DNA from: Octopus sinensis
Taxonomy: Eukaryota
Reading direction: 5' to 3'
DNA length: 64,000 nt
Assembly: GCF_006345805.1 (NCBI RefSeq)
Contig: NC_043013.1
Span: 55,366,001-55,430,000, forward strand
Shown here piece by piece: positions 52,559 through 64,000 of this stretch (position 1 is the first letter of the stretch; each line of letters begins with the position of its first letter). The translations under genes and the position numbers were made by a program. A model generated the notes under the pieces. That model was given only the letters and a program-made list of their open reading frames with translations. It was not told the origin of the DNA and ran no database searches.

Positions 52559-55500
52559 ATATAGTATATTTTTCTATTGAAATAATATTTTTATAGTAAC
52601 CATGGCATACACATAAGTGTAATTCTTTGTCATCTGCTTGGTTTGATATTTGTTGATAATTGATATCTGTTTATAAGGGTTAATTTCGCCTAAACTCTGG
52701 ATTCACAAGAAACACAGATGCAAGCTGCCTGAGAAAGGATGTGCAGATAGAGAGCACAGGTGAGAGAGGAACAGCAAAAAGATATGATTAAAAGAGGAGA
52801 AAGACATTACCAAAGGAGATGTGAGGAAATGAATGTAGATGAACATCAAGAATATTTAAAGGAAGCTAAACTATGAAGGCTCTAAAAATACAAATCATCC
52901 TTTCTTCCTTAAATAGGACCTCTTAATTTTTTCCATTCTGTGGAATTTCCATGGGTTCTACTAGTGTATATTAATTTACATCTTATGAATTATAAGAAAC
53001 AACCAAGAGATTTGGATATCAAGACCACCTAGTGGTGGAAATATTTCAATTCTATCAAATCAATAAAAACAATCTAAGGTTCATGAACAATAATCGTACA
53101 TTTGAGGTTTAAATAGTTTTATGTTTTCAACAAAGAGTGGGGAGGGTAGAGCCAAAGACTGTCTTCGTGAGTTCCAAGACTGGAATAAGTAAAAAATAAT
53201 TCTTTGACCAAAGGATATTTTCTGCGAAAGGTACCAAAGAGGGACCAGCAGGGTGTGTTAAATTGAGCAAAGAATTAAGTCTGCCTCCCCAGAAAGTGGA
53301 ATGTTTCACTTGAGAGATTTCTGCAGTTTTTCTCTACAAAATTTCTTCCAGATGACTTTGGTCAACCTGATGCAATGACAGAATACACTTGTTCATGTTA
53401 CCATGTAGGATAATTGTACAGTCCAAGGTTCCATTGGTTTAGGTCAGTGACACACAGTGTCCCCCACCCCACCTCTCTGTTTCAGCACATTGAAAGAAGC
53501 GTATAATGTCTAACAGTCATACCTCATGTACTTTAGCATACTCCCTGGTTTTCAGAAGTCATTTCTGTCACTGGTTTAGATAATTCTTCAATTTGTTTTC
53601 CTTAAACTTGCAAATAGGGCTGCTTCTCTGAACTTATCAGGCTATTGGACAAGTTTAGGGAAGATAAATTCCTAAATTTATAAACTAGTACAAGTTTAAG
53701 CATTCATCTAATACAAGTTCAAGTGAGATAAACACCGACCCTTTTGATATTTACCCACCTGGGACTACAACTAGTTTTAAGATACAAATTGTCTCTTTTA
53801 AAATGATTTAAATTAAAGACTTCCATAAAATTTCACATGCTAATTTAAATTCCAAGCATCAGTTAAATAACCACAAATTTATTTTACTAAAATAATTCAA
53901 CATTTTCTAAATCAACTGAAACAAAAGCAAAATATTTCAAAAGAAATCTGATAATAAAATCTCATCTCATCTAAGTCATCCCATAGGACACACCTTTATA
54001 GGGGTTTTGGTTGGGCATACAATAGGAGTCACAGGGCACTGCTCCATGTGGTCCTAACTAGGAATATTAAGGTCTCAACCATTGTCTTGTATTCAAAATC
54101 CTCTGCATGACATCCTGCTCATTCAAAGCCAGGAATCTGATAATAAAATGGTTCAGCATTTACCCAGTACATTTTTCAGGTGTGCTTATGGCTTAAATTT
54201 ATACACCATACAAATTTAAGCAGTTTTCTGTGACAAGTTTTCAGTGTCTATGTCATGTAAACTTGAACACAAGCATCATCTACAGACCAGGCAAATAATA
54301 CAAAGTTATTTTACACATTGAATAAAAAAAAAAAACGAAAAAAGGAAGAGGACTGGGTGGCATCGATCTCTAAAAGCACTTTTTAACCCATGAAAAAATC
54401 AAATTACTTCTTAGCTTCATATTTTATGTATTACACACATCAAGTTTTACGAACAAATTGAATGTATTACTTCCTACCATTTTAATATCTACTTAGCTGT
54501 TTTGATGCAGAATGAATGCAACTTTTATTATTCTATTCTAAATTATAATTCAGTTGGGGGCACACTATAGGAAATAATGTCTTTACTGGTTGTTTTACAT
54601 TGGTCACAAACTTATTTTTGGCTGTGTCTGTGACAAACTTAGATGCACTTTCACTTTTAAATATGGATGTGTAGGAAGAACAAGAATTACATGGAAATGT
54701 ATTTTCATTCTTCATAAATTGATAGGTGTTTATACTCTGAAAAATGATCAGAAACTAAATAATTCACATAAAATTGATTTCAATTTTTGCTAGTTACCAT
54801 ATAGTTTATCATTTATATTCTCCCTAAATTAGGTTTGATTTGAAAGCCTGAAGCTATGAAATAGCTGTTGAAATATCTCATCTCAAATATTCAACAGCCA
54901 GAGACTTGATTTTGGTTGATGTTGCAATTATTTTTTATGCTGTCATAGCAGAAGAATTCTTATTGACATCAAGTTAATTGTTAATAAATATACTTTATTT
55001 AAATATAGTTTACAGGCAGAAGCCATACATATGCCCACAATGTACCTTACAGTATTTCGTTACATTCTTCTGCATTTCAAGCATAAGTTTTCCCAGGCTT
55101 GATTTTTACATTTCATTTCATTGCAATCAATAAAATAGATATGTCTGATAGCCTAGTGTTGAGGCAATCAAATATATGGCCTCCTTGTGCCAATCTGGTA
55201 TATCTTTATTGCAAAATATAACTTGTAACTCATTCGGAATTTTCATTTTATTATTATAGAAATTTCTGTTTCTTTTTTTTTTTTTTTTGAGAAATGGCTA
55301 ATTAATATAGTTGTGATGGAATTAAATTTCATATTGATTGTATTTTTTCCCTCAGATAATATTTTATATAATTTTTCTTTTAATTTCATATCACAAAAGT
55401 TATTTTATTATTCATTAAATTGTCATTCACTGATTCGTTAACATCTGATTTTGTCATGTTATCACTGGTTAATTCTTAATAATATAGTGTATATGTGGGT

Positions 55501-55578
55501 GAGTATGTATATAAATATAGGTAAATGTATATATGTATATATTTGTAAGTGTATGAGTGGGCACACATGCACGCACAC

Positions 55579-55618
<40 letters not shown>

Positions 55619-55620
<2 letters not shown>

Positions 55621-56353
55621 AGGTAGACCCAGGAAAACCTGGGACGAGGTGGTGAAGAACGACCTTCGCGCTTTAGGTCTCACCGAGGAAATTACCAGAG
55701 ACCGAGACCTTTGGAAGTATGCTGCGCGAGAGAAGACCCAGCAAGACATGTGATGCCATAACCCATGGCCCCTACCTGGGACGTAGTCAGTTCACCTGTG
55801 CATACCTTCCTTCTTTGGACACATAACTCTACTTGTGAAAACTTGTTGAGGCAAGTAAAAATCAAATCAAATCAAATCAAAATCGATGAACATCAATGGA
55901 ATTTGTAGTTTTGTGGTACCAGTGCCGGTGGCACATAAGAAAACCATCCGAACATGGCCATAGCGAGTACCGCATCGACTGGCCTCTGTGCTGGTGGCAT
56001 GTAACAAACGCCATCCGATCGTGGCCATGCCAGCCTCGCCTGGCCTCCGTGCCAGTGGCATGTAAAAAAACACCATCCTAGCATGGCTGTTCGCCAGTCT
56101 CGTCTGGCACCTGCGTCCGTGGCACATAAAAAACACCATCCGAGCATGGCTGTTTGCCAGCCTCATCTGGCACCTGTGCCGGTTGCACGTAAAAAACACC
56201 CACTACACTCACGGAGTGGCTGGCGTTAGGAAGGGCATCCAGCTGTAGAAACACTGCCAGATCTGACTGGCCTGGTGCAATCTTCGGGCTTTCCAGACCC
56301 CAGTTGAACTGTGCTAGCATGGAAAGCGGACGTTAAACGATGATGATGATGAT
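55619..56353 (+). mobile_element. RTE LINE 3' end: ORF C-terminus plus ~600-bp 3' UTR with five ~63-bp units and (GAT)n tail
   Basis: 55619-55753 reads RGRPRKTWDEVVKNDLRALGLTEEITRDRDLWKYAAREKTQQDM* (RTE RGRP..W...DR..W motif). Confidence 0.88.
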
Positions 56354-56356
56354 AAA

Positions 56357-57135
56357 CAAGGTGCGATGGGTAAATTGTCGTCATTTTATATTTTTAATTT
56401 CATGCATGTGCCTTGTTTGTTTTTGATTCTGTGAAAAAAAAAACCCAACATGACACAATTCACTCAGCCAGAAATTTGGAAACGACATACTGTACAGCTT
56501 GGCATCCATGCTGGAAGCTCCAGTATAAACATTTCAGAATATTTGGGTGTCAATCTGAGGACATGTACCAAGAGTGATAAAAATTAAACACCCAGTCAAC
56601 ATCATGTTGTTTCGAGTGATCACTAGTGATGGTGACGTTGTGCCTCCATTCATCTTCCCACATGGCCTCAGACTCAACATGGAAGCCTACATCAAATACC
56701 TAGAGGAGGTAGTGCTGCTCTGGATGAAGAGGGTGGCTGCTGGAAGACCCTATATCTGGCAACAGGATTCTGCACCAAACCACACAAGCAGGAGAACCCA
56801 GTCAGACAATTTCTGTGACCCCATGACCCCTAACATCTGGTCACCTAACTCCCCAGAGTGCAATCTCTTTGATGATTATGTGTAGCATGCAGTTGAGTGA
56901 GAGACCAACAAAACTCTTTGTAACACCAAACATGAACTGAAGACGCGGGTTATGGCAGCATTCACCTACTTAAACGAGGAGGCCACCCAGAAGAGTTGCA
57001 GGAGATTTCAAAGTTGTCTGGAGGCCGTGGTTGAAGCCAATGGCAATTTTATGTAATTTTGGTAACTATTTCTGTTAAAATGAGATGTTAGTGTTATTTC
57101 CTTTTTGCATAATTTAGGTGACAGTTTATTCACCG

Positions 57136-57142
<7 letters not shown>
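56357..57142 (+). mobile_element. Internally deleted Tc1/mariner-superfamily transposon, maT/Bmmar1-like
   Basis: Imperfect TIRs CAAGGTGCGATGGGTAAATTGTCG / TAGGGTACGGTGAATAAACTGTCA. ORF 56574..56885 has KHPVNIM, ITSDG, WQQDSAPNHT and WSPNSPECNLFD. Confidence 0.85.
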
Positions 57143-57181
<39 letters not shown>

Positions 57182-57817
57182 TTATTATATATTGATTATT
57201 CATTTTTATACTTTTTGTGACCTAGTTATATGTTTTATAAAAATATATTTTATTTTTTATTTATGATTTGGTTTATGTCTATCATTGTTTGAATTGCATA
57301 ATAGTGGGTTTTTTCTCTAATTTATATATCATACATATATATACATACATATATTTATATATATATATATAGGAACAGATGCGGCTCAGTGATAAGAAGT
57401 TTGTTTCCCAACCACATGGTTTCAGGTTCAGCTGCACCGAGTATCAACTTGGGCAGGTCACTTCCACTGTAGCCCTGGGGCTGACCAAAGACTTGTGAGT
57501 AGATTTAGTATCAAAAACTGAAAGAAGCCTTCATATACGTAGGTATGTGTATGTGTGTGTTACTGTCTCCTTGCTTTCACATTAAATAACACTTGTTAAC
57601 AAGTGTTACTAGTATGCAAATGGTGTCCTTTGCTTCCAATATTCTGTGGATAGATGTCTTTTCATTGGCTGATATTGCTTTACTTGGAAACAGGTGATAT
57701 TTGGCAACAGGAAGAGCATTTAGCTTTAGAAATCTGCCTCAACAGATTCCCTCTGACTCATTCGCATTTTAGTAAAGTGGAGATTAAAACAATGATGATG
57801 CGGTTGATATACATGTG

Positions 57818-57854
<37 letters not shown>

Positions 57855-57961
57855 GTATACCCACATACATATATATATAATATAGATAATATATAAATAC
57901 ATGCATATATACATACATATATGTACATACTTACATATATATGTATATATATACATGCATA

Positions 57962-58142
57962 TATGGGCAGAGGACATCAAAAAACGTTGAACGCAATTAG
58001 AAATGAAAACAAAAACAAAAACATAGAAAACGAACTTTTTTCGAACAATGAAAAAACAGAGGAACAAGACAGGCAACATAAAGAATATTCCCCTTCATCA
58101 GTTGTCCCTGTTTCATCCACTCCATGTTTCAAAGTTAAGGAC
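57962..58142 (-). mobile_element. Penelope-like pLTR remnant with split hammerhead boxes, embedded in (TA/TG)n
   Basis: Minus strand reads TTGAAACATGGAGTGGA...CAACTGATGAAGGGGAATATTC. Microsatellite on both sides. Confidence 0.45.
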
Positions 58143-58157
58143 ATATGTATATGTGTG

Positions 58158-58207
<50 letters not shown>

Positions 58208-58221
58208 TATATATATACATA

Positions 58222-58260
<39 letters not shown>

Positions 58261-58288
58261 AATATATCTACATATGTATATGTGTGTG

Positions 58289-58323
<35 letters not shown>

Positions 58324-60608
58324 ATATATATTTATGTATGTGTGTGTGTGCGTATGTATATTGATATCGTTTCTAAGTAAATCTGGGTCTCTAAAAGTCG
58401 TATTCCATCTACCTTAAACTAAATATAACAATGTAAACATCTTTTTTTGTTCATATGAATATAAGCAATATCAAAGTATAATGATACTTAAATGAGACAT
58501 TATGTATATTATTGATATTATTTGAGGTTTCCACATTAACATTAGCATAAACTTTAACATTAAACGTAGATGTTCACAGAGAGATTTACGGTTACTTTCA
58601 AGCATTAAAATCTCAATAAACAAAATTAGATAAATATACTAATTTGAAAAATGTAAAGAAATAAATGACAGCAATTACTACAAATAGAATTATTTTGTTT
58701 GGCGCTGAGGAATGGAATTTGGTCTTTTATTTTTTAAATATTGGTTTCATACTTTAGTACAAGGCCAGCAATGTTGGTTGAAGGTTAAAGTTGACTACAC
58801 AGGCACCAATGCTTAACTGGTACCTATTATACTGACCTCAAAAGAATAAAAGTTAAAGATGACTTTGCTGGAATTTCAACTCAGAACATAAGTCTAACAG
58901 CCCAAGAAACAGTCTCAATTTCTCTCTCATTTTTTTATTCTCAGACAAAATATAAGGAGTCAAAACATTAGATTCTTCACTCATTAATGAGCTTATCAAA
59001 CTATTCTACAACTGTCTTGCTGCTGATGCAGTTTTTATCCAATTCAAAACACAATCATTATTTCATGTTTCTTTACAAGAACAACTCTCTCACAAACTGA
59101 AACAAGACCACATATCTCTGTGGCTGAACCTTTCTCTTTATTGAAAGCAGTGTTTGTTTGACCGAAGTAATACGTTTGATTTCAAATCTTGTATTTTGTA
59201 AAACACTCCAGATTATTATGTATGCTGTATCTATAGCTTAATCAAAAATAACTGATGGATCTTTTCATAAACAAAGTTTAATAGTATGATGGCTCCTTGC
59301 AACAAATACTCAAATTAGCTTAAACATATTTGTCCTTGTCATAATCATCATCAGCACCTTGATCAACATCACCAACATCATCATTGTCGTTATCATCATC
59401 ATCACTACCTTCACCACCCATTTTACCCTGCTAGCATGGGTTGGTCGTTTTATCTCAGGCACTGTTCTGCATTTGGATGCCCTTACTCTTGTAATCTGTC
59501 TCATCAGTTTTTATAACATGCAGGAATGTGGTGTACTGTTTTTTAAAGGCAAGGAAACACTTGGCGTCTTAAAATAATAGTATTGTTTCTCTAAACTATA
59601 TCTGACTGTGGAAGATTCCTCAATGATGCAAAAACATTTTTTTTTATCCATAACTTCAAAAAGAATTTACAATTTTTTTATGAGATCAATAATGTTACAG
59701 TATTTTACCACTGCAAAAGTTATTTGTAAAGCAATGCAGGTTCTTCTCTGTAAAATAATAGATTTATAATAGTTTTTATTACAATTATATATATATATAT
59801 AAATATATGTATGCATGTATATATGAATATATATATGTATGTATGTACATATATATATATATATGTACATTCACCTTACTTTGAGCTATATATATATATG
59901 TGTATATACACACACACATATACATACATCTAGAATTGAAGACAAAAATGTATGGTGAATACAACGAATTAACTGTAATCCATAATACTGAAGGTAATCT
60001 ATTTTTGTTCAGTAAAAAAAAAGATTAAAACTTCTTTAGAAAATTACATTTTCCAGCATAAACTTATTCTAAACTAAAAGATCAATTCTAGAAATTGTGG
60101 CATTATGTAACAGAAAAGAGAAATTCATTTTTAATATTTTAAAAACTAAAATTCCAATCAAAATAATTTTATGCAATAATTGCAGTTATTCATTTCCTTA
60201 AATATTTCAAATCAGCATATTTAATTATTTAATTATTTATTTTATTTTACAGAGAGATTTGAATAGTTACAAGTAATCAGAGATCTCTGCATGAGCATAT
60301 ACATTTAATGTTAAAAATTATATGATGATAATGCCAAAATTTAAAAGAATAGCAGTAAAATATGTAATGTTTTGATTAAGTATATTCATTTTTTAATACT
60401 GGTTATAATTATGTAAAAAAAAAATCATATTGGTGTGTGCTTGGCTTAAGGAAAAATAGTATGTTTTAAGAAAAAGTTAAAAAGTTATATCTAAGAAATG
60501 TAGTAATATGCATGTGTGCATGCAAAAGTACACACACACACACACACACATATCTTTAAATCTCTCTCTCTAAATATATTTATATATGCATATATCTATG
60601 TGTACATA

Positions 60609-60656
<48 letters not shown>

Positions 60657-61608
60657 CACACACACACACACACATATATATGTGTACATATATGTCTATA
60701 TACACATACATATAGCTACATGTATATTTACTTTTATATTATGTGTGTGTATAGGTATGCATGTATGTATTTTAAAAGTAGCCAATGCCAACATGACAAA
60801 ACCAGATGTTAAAGAATCGCTGGATGACAATTTAATGAATAATAAAATAAGTTGCAATATGAAATTTTTAAAAAGATATTTAAATGTTATCAGATGAGAA
60901 AAAATAAAATAATGCAATCAATATGAAGCTTAATTCCATCATATCAAGCAATGAAGAAATTTCAGGAAAACTAAAAGGAAATAAAATCAATGACACATGA
61001 ATAATAAATTGTTAATAAAGAACACAAAATTTTGGAATGAAATGAAATCGACTCTTAAAGAATGGATAAATTGTCAAAATGTTATGGAAATATATAATTT
61101 AAAATCAGACTGAGAATGTTTAGGGAAACTGTCAACTCACAAAATTTGTGAGTTCAAATCATGTAATTCTAAGAGACAAAGTTCTGTTTTAAACAAAAAT
61201 GACTTTTTCTCAGTCGTTAATAGAAAAAATAGTTACTATGGTTGACTATTCTAACACTTTTGACACCAAAATTTTAATGGAACCCTCAGCTGATGTGTTT
61301 CAGTTAATTTCAAAAATAATCATAAATTTGGTGGGATTTAGTAATATAACTAATTTCTTCATTAACTAAACGTCTGGAGACTGTTCTTCAACTCTTCCAC
61401 ATTATTCAGATTGCTCTTGTCAAATACAATCCTTATTTATTCACATTATTTTGAATTAATCGTGCATTATCTTGTAGCTAGAATATTTCCATGATGTACT
61501 TGCTTAGAGACCATATCTGGCCACTTTTAACATAAAACTGTATTGCAAAGTGGCCTTTTGCCACTTTAGTATCCGTCTTTTGACAATGGTCATCACTCTG
61601 ACAGATAT

Positions 61609-61836
61609 TGTTATATTCCCAAGTCATCGATAGAATGGTTCTATCGGGTACTGTACAACCCCCAGTCACTCAGTATTATGATCCTCAAAAGGCGTGATCA
61701 TTATAACGTCCACTCAGTATCACAGAATAATTATTATATCAGCACAGGCCGAAGTATCAGCATAGTCTACATGTACTCTTGACCTTCCTCTCTACGACTT
61801 TTTAGCAGGAGGGATGTACAGTTTCACTATACGACA
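61609..61836 (-). repeat. 3' LTR of the Gypsy element (228 bp)
   Basis: Minus strand: polypurine tract AAAAGTAGAGA, then TGTCGTAT...ATATAACA (TG...CA with imperfect terminal inverted repeat). Confidence 0.7.
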
Positions 61837-63720
61837 TCTCTACTTTTAATTTTTTATTTAACATTCACTTTCTTTTATTCACTCCACTTCCTCTTTTATA
61901 TGTAGGTATGTATATATATATATATCTTTTCTTCTTAGGGTCTACCTTTAGGAATTCAGTATTCTTCCTTTTTCTTGTACATGTGGTTTTGACTCCTTGT
62001 AATGGAGTTGGAACCTAAAAGTGTCATATAGCCAATCTATTGGTATTTCTACTCTTGTTGGTTCCTTTTCTATGACTCTTTCCTTAAGCTGATTTCTATG
62101 TCTCCTTTCCATTCCATTCCATTTACCATACATCATTCTTCCTATGTATGTTACAGTTTTTCCTTCTTCCCAGTATTGCTTGCCATTTTTGTACATTCTT
62201 ACATATACTTTATCACTTATTCTAAAGAATTTTGACATGTCTTTATTGGCACGTATTTTTTTCTTCACTGGTAACAGTTTATCGAATACCGACTTCACCT
62301 TTCTGGCAAACATTAATTCTGCTGTTGAACTTCCTCCTGGTGCATTTGGGTTCAGAGTTACGCTGTATACCCTTAAGAATTGTTGGATCATGACCTCATC
62401 CATGGCTTCCTTATTAGCTTTCCCTAAAGCTCTCTTAAAAGTGTCCATGAACCATGCGGCCCTTCAATTCGATCAAGGGTGATACGGCGCTATAGTTTTA
62501 TGTTTTAATATGAACATCTTGTAGAATCTTTTTAACTCACAGGATACAAACTGTGTTCAGTTATCAGAGACAATTATATCTGGTACACCAAATCTTGCAA
62601 ACAGCTTGTGTAAGAAGTTTGTTACCATATATGAGGCTGGTCATTTACATCTCGCAACCTCAGGCCATTTTGTGTAGCCGTCCACTACTATTAAGTATTT
62701 TCACTTCTGGCCAAGGTTCACATTTTGTAGTAGGTAGTTTTGCTGCCAGCACACATCCTCTGCAGCCTTTTACCAGGTTTTCAATCTCCTTGTCCATGTT
62801 TAGCCAGTATACGAAACTGCATCAGTGATTTCATTCTAAAGATGCCTGGAAGTCCCACATGGAACTCTTTTAGCATTCTCTTCTGTAATGCTTGTACATG
62901 ACCACCCTCTGAGCATACATTAATACACCATCACGTATAGAGTACACGTTCACATCTTGGCGGTTGTTTGCATCAAACCTTTCTTTATTTCCTTTTGTCG
63001 ACCACAGTTTTCTTTTTATCTCGTTAATAAATTTGTCATTTCTTTATATTTCTTCCAAAGGTACTGGTAGTTTATGCACGATGTCCCACATCACTTTTTT
63101 GGTCTCTGTTTCTGCTCTTAGTGCTGCTATTATGGCGTCCTCCAGCAGTTCGTTATTTCTTGGAATTAACCTGGACAGCACTTTGAAATGCCCCAACTTT
63201 TTTGAAAGGCAGATATTCCATTCTATAATTGTAGTTTAATAGAATGGTACCCCACCAATGCAGTCTGTTTGCCATATGTGCCAGTATTCCTTTCTTGGAA
63301 CCATATATCTTTATTAGAGGTCTATGGTCCGTTTGCAACCAAAAACGTCTGCCATAAACAAACTAGTGGAATATTTTCACACCAAATATGATAGCCAATG
63401 CCTCTTTTTCAATCTGGTTATAGCTCTTTTCCACCGACAATAATGTCCTTGATGTGTGAGCTATGGCCTTTCTCCTGTCATCGTTATCCTTGTGTAGGAT
63501 GCTGGTTTCTATCCCATACTCGGTAGCATCTCTAGTTAATATTATCTATAAATTTGGGTCAAAATGCATAAGATACAAGTCTGAAGTTAACACATCTTTT
63601 AACTCATTAAATGTTTTCTGGTATTTCTCTATCCAAACCCATTGGGAATTTTTTAAAAATAAGTCATTAAGTGGTGCCCTCACCTTATGTATTTTTTTAA
63701 GCGTTTGCTCATTACAATGT
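61609..63720 (-). mobile_element. Degenerate Gypsy LTR retrotransposon: RNase H, integrase, PPT and 3' LTR
   Basis: DATEYG and YNQIEKEALAIIFGV (RNase H), TDHRPLIKIYGSKKGI..HMANRL.WW, and integrase C-terminus DTFKRAL...AELMFARKVKS. Many stops and frameshifts. Confidence 0.9.
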
Positions 63721-63721
63721 C

Positions 63722-64000
63722 CTTAGACCACTGAAAACATAAGAGCTACAAGTATAAAATGGATGCCAGACAGAAATCAATAGGTGATGATGTACATCAG
63801 ACTTAAATTGAAGAGGAAAACAAGACTGTGGAAGGGAATTCCAAAGTTCAGAGGTGCAAAGGAGGAAACTCGTACACTTGGGAGGTTGCACAGTATACAG
63901 ATGAGAACTGGATGCAAGTCTAATTGATTGCTGATAAGTTCTTAAAGGGGGAACCAGAGAAGAGAGCTCAGCCAAATGATGTCCATGAAAATATCTATAG
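63722..64000 (-). mobile_element. CR1-group (Zenon-like) LINE 3' end interrupting the Gypsy element
   Basis: ORF 63712..63975 has ELSSLVPP...LWNSLPQSCFP..FKSDV. Confidence 0.7.

Noticed and set aside
55920-56200. CRISPR-like repeat/spacer appearance
   Set aside because: Repeats are degenerate, linkers are mutually similar, the array lies in an RTE 3' UTR of a eukaryote, and there are no cas genes.
61801-61825. Plus-strand PPT plus LTR start (AGGAGGGA-TGTACAG)
   Set aside because: Wrong orientation relative to pol. The minus-strand PPT with TG...CA at 61836-61609 fits better.

Overview
Eukaryotic, AT-rich and saturated with microsatellites. I could not support any host protein-coding exon, so the window reads as intergenic or a large intron. 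The repeat set resembles an octopus/cephalopod genome (inference from recalled SINE/RTE/mariner families, not searched). Most listed ORFs are microsatellite artefacts; the real coding remnants are all transposon-derived. They include two CR1-group LINE pieces (one with a CCCH zinc finger in ORF1), two DD34D mariner copies, a maT-like DNA transposon, a Gypsy pol with its 3' LTR, RTE 3' ends, R4/Dong-like 3' ends in (TAA)n arrays, two Penelope-like GIY-YIG remnants and many tRNA-derived SINEs. The most notable unannotated layer is RNA structure. Several hammerhead-ribozyme-like motifs occur, including a 232-bp fold-back with a near-complete hammerhead on each strand (7929-8160). A LINE and a SINE family also share a 3' tail whose hairpins are conserved by compensatory changes.
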